From: Actinomycetota bacterium
GTDB lineage: Bacteria > Actinomycetota > Acidimicrobiia > Acidimicrobiales > Ilumatobacteraceae
DNA: 39,080 nucleotides
Direction of reading: 5' to 3'
Assembly: GCA_039198505.1 (NCBI GenBank)
Contig: JBCCTP010000001.1
Coordinates: 1 to 39,080, forward strand
Each line of letters begins with the position of its first letter. Position 1 is the first letter of the stretch. The position numbers and the translations under genes were made by a program. The notes beneath the pieces were generated by a model. It saw only the letters and a program-made list of their open reading frames with translations. It did no database searches and was not told the DNA's origin. Positions 9,234-19,645 of this stretch are shown here, in pieces.

Positions 9234-9778
9234 CCACGAACAACCCGCTCCGATCGTTGACCTTCCGCGGGCTCGGAGGGCAGCCTCCGTTCGAGACCAA
9301 CGATCTCGAGCACTTCGTCGCACAGCGACGGATCGCCACGCTGGCCTACGTTCGGCGCGACGGCCGACCGAACCAAGCGCCGATCTGGTACACGGTCGAC
9401 AACGGCGTGTTCTTCATGTCGACGGTGACCGGCGGCGTCAAACACCGAGCGCTCGAGCGGAGCCCGCAGGTCTCCCTCAGCATCCAGGACGAGCGACCGC
9501 CGTATCGAGCGGTCATCATCGACGGCACCGCCGAACTCGCACCGCTCGACCCCGACGATGACCCCACCGCTGGTATGGCGGTGCGCTACTTCGGCAAGGT
9601 GGCTGCCGCCACCTACGACCGGATGACCAGGGACGTCTACGAGAGGTCGGGCCTGACGGTGATCACCGTGGTGCCCACCGACGTCAAGGGCTTCGACAAC
9701 ACGCGTGCTCTCAGTACGGGGGAGCGGGCGTTCACGAGGGTGCGGGAGCTGCTCCCGATCCCTCGGCGTTGGCTCTGA
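9230..9778 (+). CDS. Pyridoxamine 5'-phosphate oxidase-like (PPOX/FDOR) protein
   Basis: IATLAYVRRDGRPNQAPIWY, KHRALERSPQVSL. ATGA-coupled to the GNAT gene. Confidence 0.88.
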   Translation: MTTNNPLRSLTFRGLGGQPPFETNDLEHFVAQRRIATLAYVRRDGRPNQAPIWYTVDNGVFFMSTVTGGVKHRALERSPQVSLSIQDERPPYRAVIIDGTAELAPLDPDDDPTAGMAVRYFGKVAAATYDRMTRDVYERSGLTVITVVPTDVKGFDNTRALSTGERAFTRVRELLPIPRRWL

Positions 9779-9855
9779 CGACGCAGTCCACCCGTCACGG
9801 TTCCCACGCCATCGTTGAGGGCACGAAGCTTCCACCCGGTCTGACCAGCGCAGGT

Positions 9856-9880
9856 GAATGCGCTCGGGTTCCGTGCGTAG
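9856..9880 (+). promoter_or_regulatory. Putative ECF-sigma promoter, copy 1 (GAAT-N16-CGTA)
   Basis: GAATGCGCtcgggttCCGTGCGTAG ends 8 nt before the sigma ATG. A copy identical at 18/25 positions lies at 11263. Confidence 0.75.
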
Positions 9881-9888
9881 GAGCCAGT

Positions 9889-10488
9889 ATGCCGATGGTG
9901 GAGGTGCCCGAACCGGCGGTCGATCAGGACCTCGTGATCGCTGCACGGCTCGGCGATCCTGCAGCCCGGGAGACCCTCGGCGCGAGGGCGAGTCGCGATG
10001 CGTACGTGTTCGCGTTGCAGCTGACCGGGGACCGCGATTCGGCCCGAGACCTCGCGCAGGACGCCGTACTGAGGTTCTTTCGCCGTCTCGACTCCTTCGA
10101 CGAGAGCCGACGGATCGAACCGTGGCTCTTCCAGATCGTGCGGAACCTGGTCCGTGACCGTGCTCGTCGGCGGGTCCATCGCCGACATGTCCCGCTCGAC
10201 GAGCACCTCGACGACGTCGACGGTCGAGTTCCGACTCACCAACCCGGGCCGGATCCCCTCCTCGCAGTGGAACGGACTCTGCTGCAGGAGCGGATCTGGA
10301 GTGCGGTACGTCAACTGTCGGACGACCACCGCGAGATCTTCGTGCTGCGTGATCATCACCAGTTGTCGTACCGCGAGATCGCCACGATTCTCTCGATCCC
10401 CGAGGGAACCGTGATGTCACGTCTGCATGCGGCCCGCAAGCGACTCAGGTCCCTGCTCGCCGACGACGTCGATGGGACCTCGCCATGA
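9889..10488 (+). CDS. ECF RNA polymerase sigma factor
   Basis: Region 2: ARDLAQDAVLRFF...PWLFQIVRN. Region 4: LSYREIATILSIPEGTVMSRLHAAR. Confidence 0.95.
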   Translation: MPMVEVPEPAVDQDLVIAARLGDPAARETLGARASRDAYVFALQLTGDRDSARDLAQDAVLRFFRRLDSFDESRRIEPWLFQIVRNLVRDRARRRVHRRHVPLDEHLDDVDGRVPTHQPGPDPLLAVERTLLQERIWSAVRQLSDDHREIFVLRDHHQLSYREIATILSIPEGTVMSRLHAARKRLRSLLADDVDGTSP

Positions 10489-10922
10489 GTGAGCACGGCT
10501 TCGACGCGACTCTTCTGACCGGGTACCTCGACGGCGAGCTGACCCAGGCAGACGCGCAACGGGTTCGACTGCATCTCGAGGAGTGCCGCGAGTGTCGGGC
10601 AGAGTTGGACGAGATGCGGGCGCTCGCCGACGCGATGCGAACCACGCCGTACGTGGTGCCCGTCGACCTTCAGTGGGACGAGGCACCACGGTCGGCGCCC
10701 TCTCGCGTTCTCCGCGCCACGGGCTTCGCCTGGTTCGTCGTCGGCGTCGTCGGCGTCATCGCTTCGGTGATCTGGGGGCTGGTTGCCGACGGCGACTCGG
10801 ACACGATCGGGCTCCTCGTTCCGATTGCGTTCGTCGCCGGCGCTCTGTTCGTGATCGCATCCGTTCTCCTCGACCGAGTGGCGATCCGAGGATCCGACCC
10901 GTACCGAAAGGTCAGAAGATGA
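10485..10922 (+). CDS. Zinc-binding (zf-HC2/ZAS) transmembrane anti-sigma factor
   Basis: LTGYLDGEL...HLEECRECR (HxxxCxxC) followed by two TM helices. ATGA overlap with sigma. Confidence 0.92.
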   Translation: MSEHGFDATLLTGYLDGELTQADAQRVRLHLEECRECRAELDEMRALADAMRTTPYVVPVDLQWDEAPRSAPSRVLRATGFAWFVVGVVGVIASVIWGLVADGDSDTIGLLVPIAFVAGALFVIASVLLDRVAIRGSDPYRKVRR

Positions 10923-11245
10923 TCGTCTGCACCGCCGAGACCGTCGCCGGTCACCGCATCGTTCGCACCCTCGGACTCGTTCGTGGCAACACGATTCGGG
11001 CGCGCCACGTCGGCAAGGACGTCACGGCCCTGGCCCGGAACGTGGTCGGAGGCGAGGTGTCGGAGTACACGAAGCTGATCGCCGAGGCCCGAGAGCAGGC
11101 CCTCGACCGGATGATCGACGAGGCCGAGTCGCTCGGAGCGAACGGGATCGTCGCGGTGCGGTTCACCACCTCGATGATCACCAAAGGTGCCGCCGAGTTA
11201 CTGGCCTACGGCAGCGCGGTGATCGTCGAAGCAGTGCCGGACTGA
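10919..11245 (+). CDS. YbjQ / UPF0145 family protein
   Basis: LGLVRGNT...NVVGGEVSEYTKLIAEAREQALDRM...GANGIVAVRF...ELLAYGSAV. ATGA overlap. Confidence 0.93.
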   Translation: MIVCTAETVAGHRIVRTLGLVRGNTIRARHVGKDVTALARNVVGGEVSEYTKLIAEAREQALDRMIDEAESLGANGIVAVRFTTSMITKGAAELLAYGSAVIVEAVPD

Positions 11246-11262
11246 CGAAGCCCTCCGTCGGC

Positions 11263-11287
11263 GAATGCGCACGGTCGCCGTGCGTAG
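11263..11287 (+). promoter_or_regulatory. Putative ECF-sigma promoter, copy 2 (GAAT-N16-CGTA)
   Basis: GAATGCGCacggtcgCCGTGCGTAG, followed by a GAGGAG RBS and the RDD gene. Confidence 0.75.
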
Positions 11288-11312
11288 AAGCAGTCAGAAC
11301 AGAGGAGCTGTG

Positions 11313-11873
11313 ATGACTGACGAGAATCCTGCGGGCTACTACCGCGCCGAGGGCGATGCGCCCGGAACGGTTCGCTACTGGGACGGCCACGCGTGGGTCG
11401 GCGATCCGCAGCCGATCCCCGACGGCGGAGCTTCGGGCGCTCCGGTCGACACGTCACGCTACGCGTCGGTCGGGGCTCGCGTGGCCGCCGCCCTCATCGA
11501 CGTCGGCTTCACGATCGCTGCGATCGTCGCCTTCGCCGTGGCCGTCGACGTGTTCGTCGGTCTGGTCGTGGTCCCGCTGGTCTCGTACGTGCTGACCGTC
11601 GTCATGACCGCACGCCTCGGTGGGCCTCCGGGCAAGCTCATCATGGGTGTTCGGGTCACACTGGCTGACGGGGTGACGAGCCCGCCGGGGCTCGGACCGG
11701 CCTTCACTCGCACGGTCCCCGCGATCGTCGGTTCGGTGCCGGGTCTCGGGGGACTCCTGACCGTCGCCCTGAACGTCGTGAACGTCGTGTTCGTGTCCCG
11801 CGACGAGGAACGCCGCAGTGTGCACGATCGCGTGGGCCAGACGCGAGTGGTCCGCAGGGCAGACCTCGGGTGA
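11313..11873 (+). CDS. RDD family membrane protein with an N-terminal DUF2510-like motif
   Basis: PAGYY...VRYWDGHAW, RVAAALID, PGKLIMGVRV, RRSVHDRVGQTRVV. GAGGAG RBS. Confidence 0.9.
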   Translation: MTDENPAGYYRAEGDAPGTVRYWDGHAWVGDPQPIPDGGASGAPVDTSRYASVGARVAAALIDVGFTIAAIVAFAVAVDVFVGLVVVPLVSYVLTVVMTARLGGPPGKLIMGVRVTLADGVTSPPGLGPAFTRTVPAIVGSVPGLGGLLTVALNVVNVVFVSRDEERRSVHDRVGQTRVVRRADLG

Positions 11874-13216
11874 CCGGACCGCCATCCGGAGGTGACGACA
11901 CGACCCGACCGTCGAGTCCCCCGCCGCCCCCGGTTGGAGCGCGCCGGTTCGATCCGAGCGAGATCGAGCGGTCGGGACGGCCTCGCTTTCGGCCAGCTGC
12001 ACCACGCCGACACGACCTCGATGCGCTCCGTGGCTTCGCCATGCTGCTCGGGATCGCGCTCCATGCCGCGCTCCCGTTCGTGCCCTATTGGGCCGATGGC
12101 GATCCGGGCGGCGGACTGCTCTTCGGCTTGTTCGAGTTCATCCACGGCTTCCGGATGCCGCTGTTCTTCGTCCTCAGCGGCTACTTCACGACCATGCTCT
12201 GGCGGAGCCGCGGACTCCGGGAGATGATCGACCACCGGCTGCGCCGCGTCGGCCTCCCGTTCCTGGCCAGCGTCGCCGTCGTTCTGCCCCTTCTGCTCCT
12301 CGGCGTCATCGCGGGCTACGTCCTCAGCGGAGAGGACCCTCGGCTCGCCGACGTCGGCGGCGTCTACGAGGACGTCGATGCGGCGGGCGTCGTGGATGGC
12401 GACTCGTCCGGATCCGAGGCGTCGGACGACGAGGACGCCGAGTTCGGGGTCGGGCACCTCTGGTTCCTCTGGTTCCTGATCTGGATGGTCGCCGGGTTCG
12501 CCGCCGTCGTCGGGGCGGTCGCGCGTTTCGCGCGGCGTCGGGAACGCGACCGCGTCGTGCCTCACCGGCTCGTCACGCTGTGCCTCATCTTGCTTCCGCC
12601 GCTCGCCGTGGTCCCGGCGACGATGATGTCGGCGGAGATCTTCGGGCCCGACACCTCGGAGGCGATCGTCCCCGACGTCGCTGTCTTCGCGTACTACGCG
12701 TGCTTCTTCGCGTTCGGAGCCCTCGTCCACGACCGACACTCCGGCACCGGTGAGCCGCTCATCGATGCTGTGGGTCGATGGTGGCCCGCCCAACTCGTGA
12801 TCGGATCAGCGGTCCTCTTTCCGGTGGGTCTGGCCCTGTTGGGCGAACGGCCGTCGGTGTCGGCGGCGCTCCAGGTCGCGTTCGCGTGGATGATCAGCTT
12901 CGGACTGCTCGGCATGTTCCGGCGGTTCCTGTCCGACGACCGCTTCCACGTTCGATGGCTCTCGGACGCCTCGTACTGGATGTATCTGATGCACCTCCCG
13001 CTGGTGTTCGTCTTCCAAGGCATCGTCGCGGCTCTCGGCGTGCCGCCACTCCTGGGATTCGTGTCGATCTGTGCCGCCGTCACCCCGCTTCTGTTGATCT
13101 CCTACCGGTCGTGGGTCCGGTACACCTTCGTCGGCACGATGCTCAACGGTCACCGGAGTCGCGACGAGGACACGGTGCGTCGCTCGAACGCAGCGACGTC
13201 GACCCCGTCGACGTGA
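11870..13216 (+). CDS. Acyltransferase-3 family membrane protein (OpgC/MdoC-like)
   Basis: RRHDLDALRGFAMLLGI, FRMPLFFVLSGYF, HLWFLWFL, SDASYWMYLMHLP. Confidence 0.92.
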   Translation: MTGPPSGGDDTTRPSSPPPPPVGARRFDPSEIERSGRPRFRPAAPRRHDLDALRGFAMLLGIALHAALPFVPYWADGDPGGGLLFGLFEFIHGFRMPLFFVLSGYFTTMLWRSRGLREMIDHRLRRVGLPFLASVAVVLPLLLLGVIAGYVLSGEDPRLADVGGVYEDVDAAGVVDGDSSGSEASDDEDAEFGVGHLWFLWFLIWMVAGFAAVVGAVARFARRRERDRVVPHRLVTLCLILLPPLAVVPATMMSAEIFGPDTSEAIVPDVAVFAYYACFFAFGALVHDRHSGTGEPLIDAVGRWWPAQLVIGSAVLFPVGLALLGERPSVSAALQVAFAWMISFGLLGMFRRFLSDDRFHVRWLSDASYWMYLMHLPLVFVFQGIVAALGVPPLLGFVSICAAVTPLLLISYRSWVRYTFVGTMLNGHRSRDEDTVRRSNAATSTPST

Positions 13217-13217
13217 G

Positions 13218-14708
13218 TCACGGCGCCCATGACATCGTCGGGTCGTGGGGCCAGTGCGGCCCGGGTGCTCGCTCGTGCTCGAAGACGGTGACGTCGAGCG
13301 TCGTGAGCCCGGGACCGTCGGCGGTCACGATCTCGGCGGCGATGTCGCGGAAACCGGCGCGGAAGTGCTGGCTGCTCTTCAAGGCGACGATCGAGCGCGT
13401 CGTCACGTCGATGCCGTGCAGCGTGAAGACCTCCGCATCGATCGTCTGCTGTCGCCGCGACGTGACGATCACGTCGAGACCACCACGTCCACCGATCTGC
13501 AGCCGCGCCGAAGGCCCGAGGTTGTCCCGGATACCGGCCGCCATGGGCGTGCTGTACACCAGCCGTCCGTCGGTGAGTGTCTTCACGTAGGCGGTCGTCT
13601 CGATCGGTTCGCCGTGCAGTTCGTCGTGGTGGCCGCCGAGCCGGACGTCGATCGTCGCTCCTGCGCCGGCCTCGTGAGCTGCCGCCGCCGAACGGGGATC
13701 GACGATGAACCCGAAGCACGCCTGCTCGTCGAGTCCGGCCTCGATCATGGCCCGCAAGAGATGCGTGCCGTCTCCCGGGGTGCCGCCGCCCGGATTGTCG
13801 GACGTCTCGTTGACGACGATCGGGCCGCCGCGCTCCGCGGCTCGAATCGCACGCGTGACTGCGACCGGCGATGGCGTCGACTCGATCAGGAAGTCGTCCC
13901 GCCGTTCCCACAGCTCGGCGGCGAGCTCCTTGGCCGTCCGCTCGGCGAGATCGGGATCGCCATCGGTCGTGACGACGATGGAGCATCCGGACGCCGGCAC
14001 GTCGGTGTACGGGAAGCCATGGAAGAACGCGGCGTCGATCACACCGTCGGTCTGCTCTGCGGCGAGGCAGCGATCGCGCATCTCGGCGGCGGGGAAGCCC
14101 GTGTCGGTCGTGGAGGTCGTGAGCATGATCGGAATCGGCTGGACGAAGCTGGTCGCCCGCACCGACCCGTCGACCAGGCCGGGGAGGAGCTCGATCGCCT
14201 CGACTCCACGCTCGTAGAAGTCGGTGTGGGGGTACTCGTGGACGCCGAGCATCACGTCGATCACCTCGGCCATCTCGGTGGTGATGTTGCCGTGGAGATC
14301 GAGCGTGGCGACGATCGGCACGTCGCCCACCACGGCCCGCACCTCACGGACGAGGTCGCTCTCGAGATCGTCGACACCGTCGGCGACACCGGCACCGTGG
14401 AGCGAGAGCGCAACCGCGTCGACCGGGACGACCGCTCGGAGCCGATCGAGCAACTCGTCGCGCAGTGTCTCGTACGCGGCTCGCTCGATGGTGCCGGACG
14501 GTCCGGCCCAGGCCCACAACGTCGGGAGGAGATCGCAGCCGAGCCGTTCGGCTGCCTCGGCGAAGCCACCGAGCGTGGTGCGGGTGCCCACCCGACTGGC
14601 GAACTCGTCGCCGCGCAACGTGGCGAAGTCCCCGGCCTTCGTTGGGCCCATGGAGGCCGTGGCGTAGGTGTTCGTCTCGTGTTCGATCCCGCCGACGGCC
14701 ACTCGCAC
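13218..14708 (-). CDS. M81 family metallopeptidase (MlrC-like)
   Basis: HETNTY, LSLHGA, TLDLHGN, YPHTD, SDNPGGG, LKSSQHFRAGF. Confidence 0.93.
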   Translation of the reverse strand: MRVAVGGIEHETNTYATASMGPTKAGDFATLRGDEFASRVGTRTTLGGFAEAAERLGCDLLPTLWAWAGPSGTIERAAYETLRDELLDRLRAVVPVDAVALSLHGAGVADGVDDLESDLVREVRAVVGDVPIVATLDLHGNITTEMAEVIDVMLGVHEYPHTDFYERGVEAIELLPGLVDGSVRATSFVQPIPIMLTTSTTDTGFPAAEMRDRCLAAEQTDGVIDAAFFHGFPYTDVPASGCSIVVTTDGDPDLAERTAKELAAELWERRDDFLIESTPSPVAVTRAIRAAERGGPIVVNETSDNPGGGTPGDGTHLLRAMIEAGLDEQACFGFIVDPRSAAAAHEAGAGATIDVRLGGHHDELHGEPIETTAYVKTLTDGRLVYSTPMAAGIRDNLGPSARLQIGGRGGLDVIVTSRRQQTIDAEVFTLHGIDVTTRSIVALKSSQHFRAGFRDIAAEIVTADGPGLTTLDVTVFEHERAPGPHWPHDPTMSWAP

Positions 14709-14726
14709 GACCGAACGGTACCGGCC

Positions 14727-15806
<1,080 letters not shown>

Positions 15807-15897
15807 CTACGGTGACGCACCGAACCCGACGCGACTGTGAGCCGGCGGTTCGGGTCGTGACGTCCTTCGTCGGCCCACGGAGCAGCTGAGGAGCATC

Positions 15898-16320
15898 ATG
15901 CCCGGATCACTCGACATCGACGAGTTCGACGCCTTCCTCGACGGCAAGCCGGGGTGGATCGTCTTGAGCACGATCGGCCCCGACGGGTATCCGCACAGCG
16001 TGCCGTTGGGATACTTCCGTGACGGTGACCGGATCTACTGCGGCTGTCTCGACGGCAGCCGGAAGATCCGGAACATCGAGCAGAACCCGAGGGTCTCTCT
16101 CCTCGTCGAGGATGGTTCGACGATGTCGGACATCAAGGGCGTCATGATCCAGGGAACCGCGACGCTCCACCGCGACCCCGACTCCGTCCTCTCGCTCATG
16201 CGGAAGGGGGCCACGCAGCGAGGTGTCGCGGAGCAGGACCTTCCGACGGCATCGCGTCCGGGATCGGCGTACATCGAGGTCGAGATCGAACGCCGGATCT
16301 CCTGGGACTACGGCAGCTGA
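15898..16320 (+). CDS. Pyridoxamine 5'-phosphate oxidase-like (PPOX/FDOR) protein
   Basis: LSTIGPDGYPHSVPLGY, KIRNIEQNPRVSLLVE, ISWDY. GAGGAG RBS. Confidence 0.9.
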   Translation: MPGSLDIDEFDAFLDGKPGWIVLSTIGPDGYPHSVPLGYFRDGDRIYCGCLDGSRKIRNIEQNPRVSLLVEDGSTMSDIKGVMIQGTATLHRDPDSVLSLMRKGATQRGVAEQDLPTASRPGSAYIEVEIERRISWDYGS

Positions 16321-16323
16321 CCG

Positions 16324-16605
16324 TCACTCGCCGGCGACGTCGTCCACCATCTTCGCCAAGAACACCGCTGCGTCACCCACGGATGTGAGTGAGCGCTCGA
16401 ACGAGTAGGTCGCAGTCTGGTGGGACCCGTCCCGCAGCATCACGTCGAGTGTCATCGTCGTCCGGGTGATGCCGGTCATCGATGCGGACCGCGCTGCGTC
16501 GATGCCCAGGTGGTGCCGGGCGTACAGCAGGCAGGCGTCGCCGTGATCGTCGTTCATGTGCTCGATCATCTGAGCCTTCTCGTCAGCCGAGAAGTCGTCG
16601 GCCAT
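16324..16605 (-). CDS. Stand-alone DUF2470 domain protein
   Basis: Signature MIEHMNDDH, 93 aa. Start overlaps the upstream stop (TGATG). Confidence 0.85.
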   Translation of the reverse strand: MADDFSADEKAQMIEHMNDDHGDACLLYARHHLGIDAARSASMTGITRTTMTLDVMLRDGSHQTATYSFERSLTSVGDAAVFLAKMVDDVAGE

Positions 16606-17444
16606 CACTCGGCCTCGTTCGTCGCCAAGTTGAGGAGGTACCGCGACGCTGTGCGTCGGATCAGGAACGGGGCGTAGCGAGTCATCAGCTTGTACGGCAG
16701 GGGCAGGTCGTCGACGATCGAGTCGTCGGCGTCGAGGAAGGTCCGCGAGGCGGCCACCTCGAGCCCGATGTCCCACGACTCGATCCGCCTCGGATCGTCG
16801 CACGCCCAGACGAACCACGAATCCCGCGACATGTGCTTCATCGCATCGTGCTTGGACTGGCCGTCCACGATCGACTGGTCGGCGGTGTCGAAGGCGAGCC
16901 ACATGGGAGTGAAGCGCTCGGAGAGCTGCGTCATCGCCCGGCGGACGTCCGGCTCGGGCAGATAGATCAGCACCGCCTCCGACACGAACATCCACGGTCC
17001 GCCGGCGCCCTCGACCGCGTCCATCCAGTCGGTGTCGAGCACCGACGCGGCGAGCATCGTCCGTCGCTCCTCGTCGGTGAAGAACTGCCGACGCAGCTCG
17101 ATCACGTCCGGCAGGTCGAGGTCGAACCACCTCGCGGATCCGTTGTCGAGCCGGTCGGCCCGGGTGTTGAGACCGCACCCCAGCTCGACCACCGTGCCAC
17201 TCGGATGACGGGCGAGGAAGTCCTCGACGTACGTGTCGAACATGCGCGTGCGAATCGTCGCCCCGGTGAGGCTGCGGCTCCGGTCCCACTTCGAGAAGTC
17301 GTAGTCCAATCGGTCGACGATCTCGACCGCCTTCGGGTCGTTGATCAGTCCGGTCGACTTCCTCGTGTCGTTGGCCCGACCGAGGAGCGGGATGAGCAAC
17401 GTCTCCTGAACGGCTCCGAGGTCGACGTTCAACTTGTCGGTCAT
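16605..17444 (-). CDS. Class I SAM-dependent methyltransferase (LCM/TcmP-like O-methyltransferase)
   Basis: VQETLLIPLLGRA, VVELGCGLNTR, WFDLDLPDVIELRR, SEAVLIYL. GGAGG RBS. Confidence 0.92.
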   Translation of the reverse strand: MTDKLNVDLGAVQETLLIPLLGRANDTRKSTGLINDPKAVEIVDRLDYDFSKWDRSRSLTGATIRTRMFDTYVEDFLARHPSGTVVELGCGLNTRADRLDNGSARWFDLDLPDVIELRRQFFTDEERRTMLAASVLDTDWMDAVEGAGGPWMFVSEAVLIYLPEPDVRRAMTQLSERFTPMWLAFDTADQSIVDGQSKHDAMKHMSRDSWFVWACDDPRRIESWDIGLEVAASRTFLDADDSIVDDLPLPYKLMTRYAPFLIRRTASRYLLNLATNEAE

Positions 17445-17602
17445 GAATCTGAATCCTCCCGAGCCGTTGGACCGTAGCCCGCCGCACCGACCTCGTCGAT
17501 CGCCGACCCGGTCGATCGCAGTCAACGGTGGACTCGGCCGCCGATCTGAGCCAAGGTGTGACAGGCGGGATGTCCACCGATGGTGAGGGAAGGTGAACGT
17601 CG

Positions 17603-18220
17603 ATGAAGATCGGCCACGTGTTGTACAAGGTGTCCGACCTGGATGCTGCGGTCGCGCAGTACCGGAGCAACGGGTTCGACGTCGAGTACGGACGGCCCAA
17701 GAACCCGTACAACGCCATGGCGTACTTCGCCGACGGCTCCTATCTGGAGCTGCTGGCGAGGACCGGGATGCCGTCGTGGGGCAAGCGCATCCTCAACCTC
17801 GTCGGGAAGAAGGCGTTCGCCGCCCGGCTCACGACGTGGGACGAGGCGGACGAGGGGTGGATCGGTCTGGCCCTCGAGTGCGAACCGGGCGAACTCGACG
17901 CCGCGAAGCGACTGCTGAAGGACTCGGGGCAGGGATACTTCGGCGGCAGGTCACGGCGGACCGACACGCGAGGACGCGTCCTGCGCTTCGAGGGTGCGAT
18001 GCCCGACGACATGAAGATCCCGTTCTTCGGCACCTGTGACACCTTCCTCGGGCGGGAGGGACTCGTCCACCCGAACGGAGTCGTCGGCTTCAAGAGTGTC
18101 TCGTTCGGGACGACCGAGGAGTTGATCCCGCTGATCGAACGGCTGTGCACCGACGATCGGGTGAAGCTCTTCGTCGGCGACGGGGTGAAGGACGTCGAGT
18201 TCGAGCACGCCAGGCTCTGA
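17603..18220 (+). CDS. VOC / glyoxalase-like family protein
   Basis: IGHVLYKVSDLDAAVAQY...GF, NAMAYFADGSYLELL. Confidence 0.85.
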   Translation: MKIGHVLYKVSDLDAAVAQYRSNGFDVEYGRPKNPYNAMAYFADGSYLELLARTGMPSWGKRILNLVGKKAFAARLTTWDEADEGWIGLALECEPGELDAAKRLLKDSGQGYFGGRSRRTDTRGRVLRFEGAMPDDMKIPFFGTCDTFLGREGLVHPNGVVGFKSVSFGTTEELIPLIERLCTDDRVKLFVGDGVKDVEFEHARL

Positions 18221-18283
18221 CAGGTCGCAGGTCCCGGGCGGGTCGAAGGCGCGTCGGCGTCCTCGTTGTGCCAGCATCCGCCG

Positions 18284-19645
18284 ATGGCTGTCGACGACCA
18301 CGTGAACCTCGAGCAGTTCATCGCAGGGGTCGAGCGTCGAAATCCCGGTCAGACCGAGTTCGTCCAGGCGGTGCGCGAGGTGTCGGAGGACGTCTTCGAC
18401 TACATCGCCGACAAGGAGGAGTACCACCAGCAGCAGATCCTGCGGAGGATCGCCGAGCCCGATCGCGTCGTGAGCTTTCGTGTGTGCTGGGAGGACGACA
18501 ATCGCAACATCCGGGTCCAACGGGGATGGCGGGTGCAGAACAACAACGCGATCGGGCCGTACAAGGGCGGGCTGCGGTTCCATCCCTCGGTGAACGAGAG
18601 CGTGCTCAAGTTCCTGGCGTTCGAGCAGACGTTCAAGAACAGCCTCACCGGCCTGCCGATGGGCGGGGCCAAGGGTGGCGCCAACTTCAACCCCAAGGGC
18701 AAGTCCGATCACGAGGTGATGCGGTTCTGTCAGTCGTTCATGACCGAGCTGTACCGCCACGTCGGCGCCGACGTCGACGTGCCCGCCGGCGACATCGGGG
18801 TGGGGGGTCGAGAGATCGGCTACATGTTCGGCCAGTACAAGCGGATCACGAACCAGTTCACGGGGGTCCTCACGGGGAAGGGCCTGGAGTTCGGCGGGAG
18901 CCTGATCCGCACCGAGGCCACCGGGTACGGCGCCGTCTACTTCCTCCGGTCGATGCTGGAGCGGATCGGCGACTCGGTCGAGGGCAAGCGGTGCGTCGTG
19001 TCGGGATCCGGCAACGTCGCCACCCACGCGGCGGAGAAGATCCTGCACCTCGGCGGCACCGTGCTGACGTTGTCGGACTCGGGCGGATTCGTCCACGACC
19101 CCGAGGGCATCGACGAGGAGAAGCTCGCCTGGGTGAAGGACCTCAAGGAGGTGCGTCGGGGGCGGATCTCCGAGTACGTCGAGCGCTTCCCCGGAGCGAC
19201 GTTCCACGAGGGCGAGCGGCCCTGGTCGGTGCCGTGCGACGTCGCCATTCCGTGCGCGACCCAGAACGAGCTCGATGGTGACGACGCCCGTGCGCTCGTC
19301 GACAACGGGTGCATCGCCGTCGTCGAGGGCGCCAACATGCCGACGAACCTCGACGGGGTCCACGTGTTCAAAGCGGCGAGGACTCTGTTCGGCCCGGGCA
19401 AGGCGGCCAACGCCGGTGGTGTCGCGGTGTCGGGGCTCGAGATGAGTCAGAACTCCGCCCGCATCTCGTGGAGCGAGGACGAGGTGCAGCGGCTCCTCGT
19501 CGACGTGATGGCCGGCATCCACGAGCGCTGCGTCGAGTACGGCCGCGTCGATGACGACGATCGGTACGTCGACTACGTCCGGGGCGCCAACATCGCCGGC
19601 TTCGTGAAGGTCGCCGACGCGATGCTCGCCTTCGGCGTGGTCTGA
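18284..19645 (+). CDS. gdhA: NADP-specific glutamate dehydrogenase
   Basis: GPYKGGLRFHPSV, LPMGGAKGG, DVPAGDIGVGGREIG, RTEATGYG, GSGNVA, KAANAGGVAVSGLEM. Confidence 0.97.
   Translation: MAVDDHVNLEQFIAGVERRNPGQTEFVQAVREVSEDVFDYIADKEEYHQQQILRRIAEPDRVVSFRVCWEDDNRNIRVQRGWRVQNNNAIGPYKGGLRFHPSVNESVLKFLAFEQTFKNSLTGLPMGGAKGGANFNPKGKSDHEVMRFCQSFMTELYRHVGADVDVPAGDIGVGGREIGYMFGQYKRITNQFTGVLTGKGLEFGGSLIRTEATGYGAVYFLRSMLERIGDSVEGKRCVVSGSGNVATHAAEKILHLGGTVLTLSDSGGFVHDPEGIDEEKLAWVKDLKEVRRGRISEYVERFPGATFHEGERPWSVPCDVAIPCATQNELDGDDARALVDNGCIAVVEGANMPTNLDGVHVFKAARTLFGPGKAANAGGVAVSGLEMSQNSARISWSEDEVQRLLVDVMAGIHERCVEYGRVDDDDRYVDYVRGANIAGFVKVADAMLAFGVV

Noticed and set aside
16324-17718. 464-aa ORF suggesting a long DUF2470 fusion
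   Set aside because: Only the last 93 codons look real. The upstream part is an Arg-rich off-frame reading of the methyltransferase.
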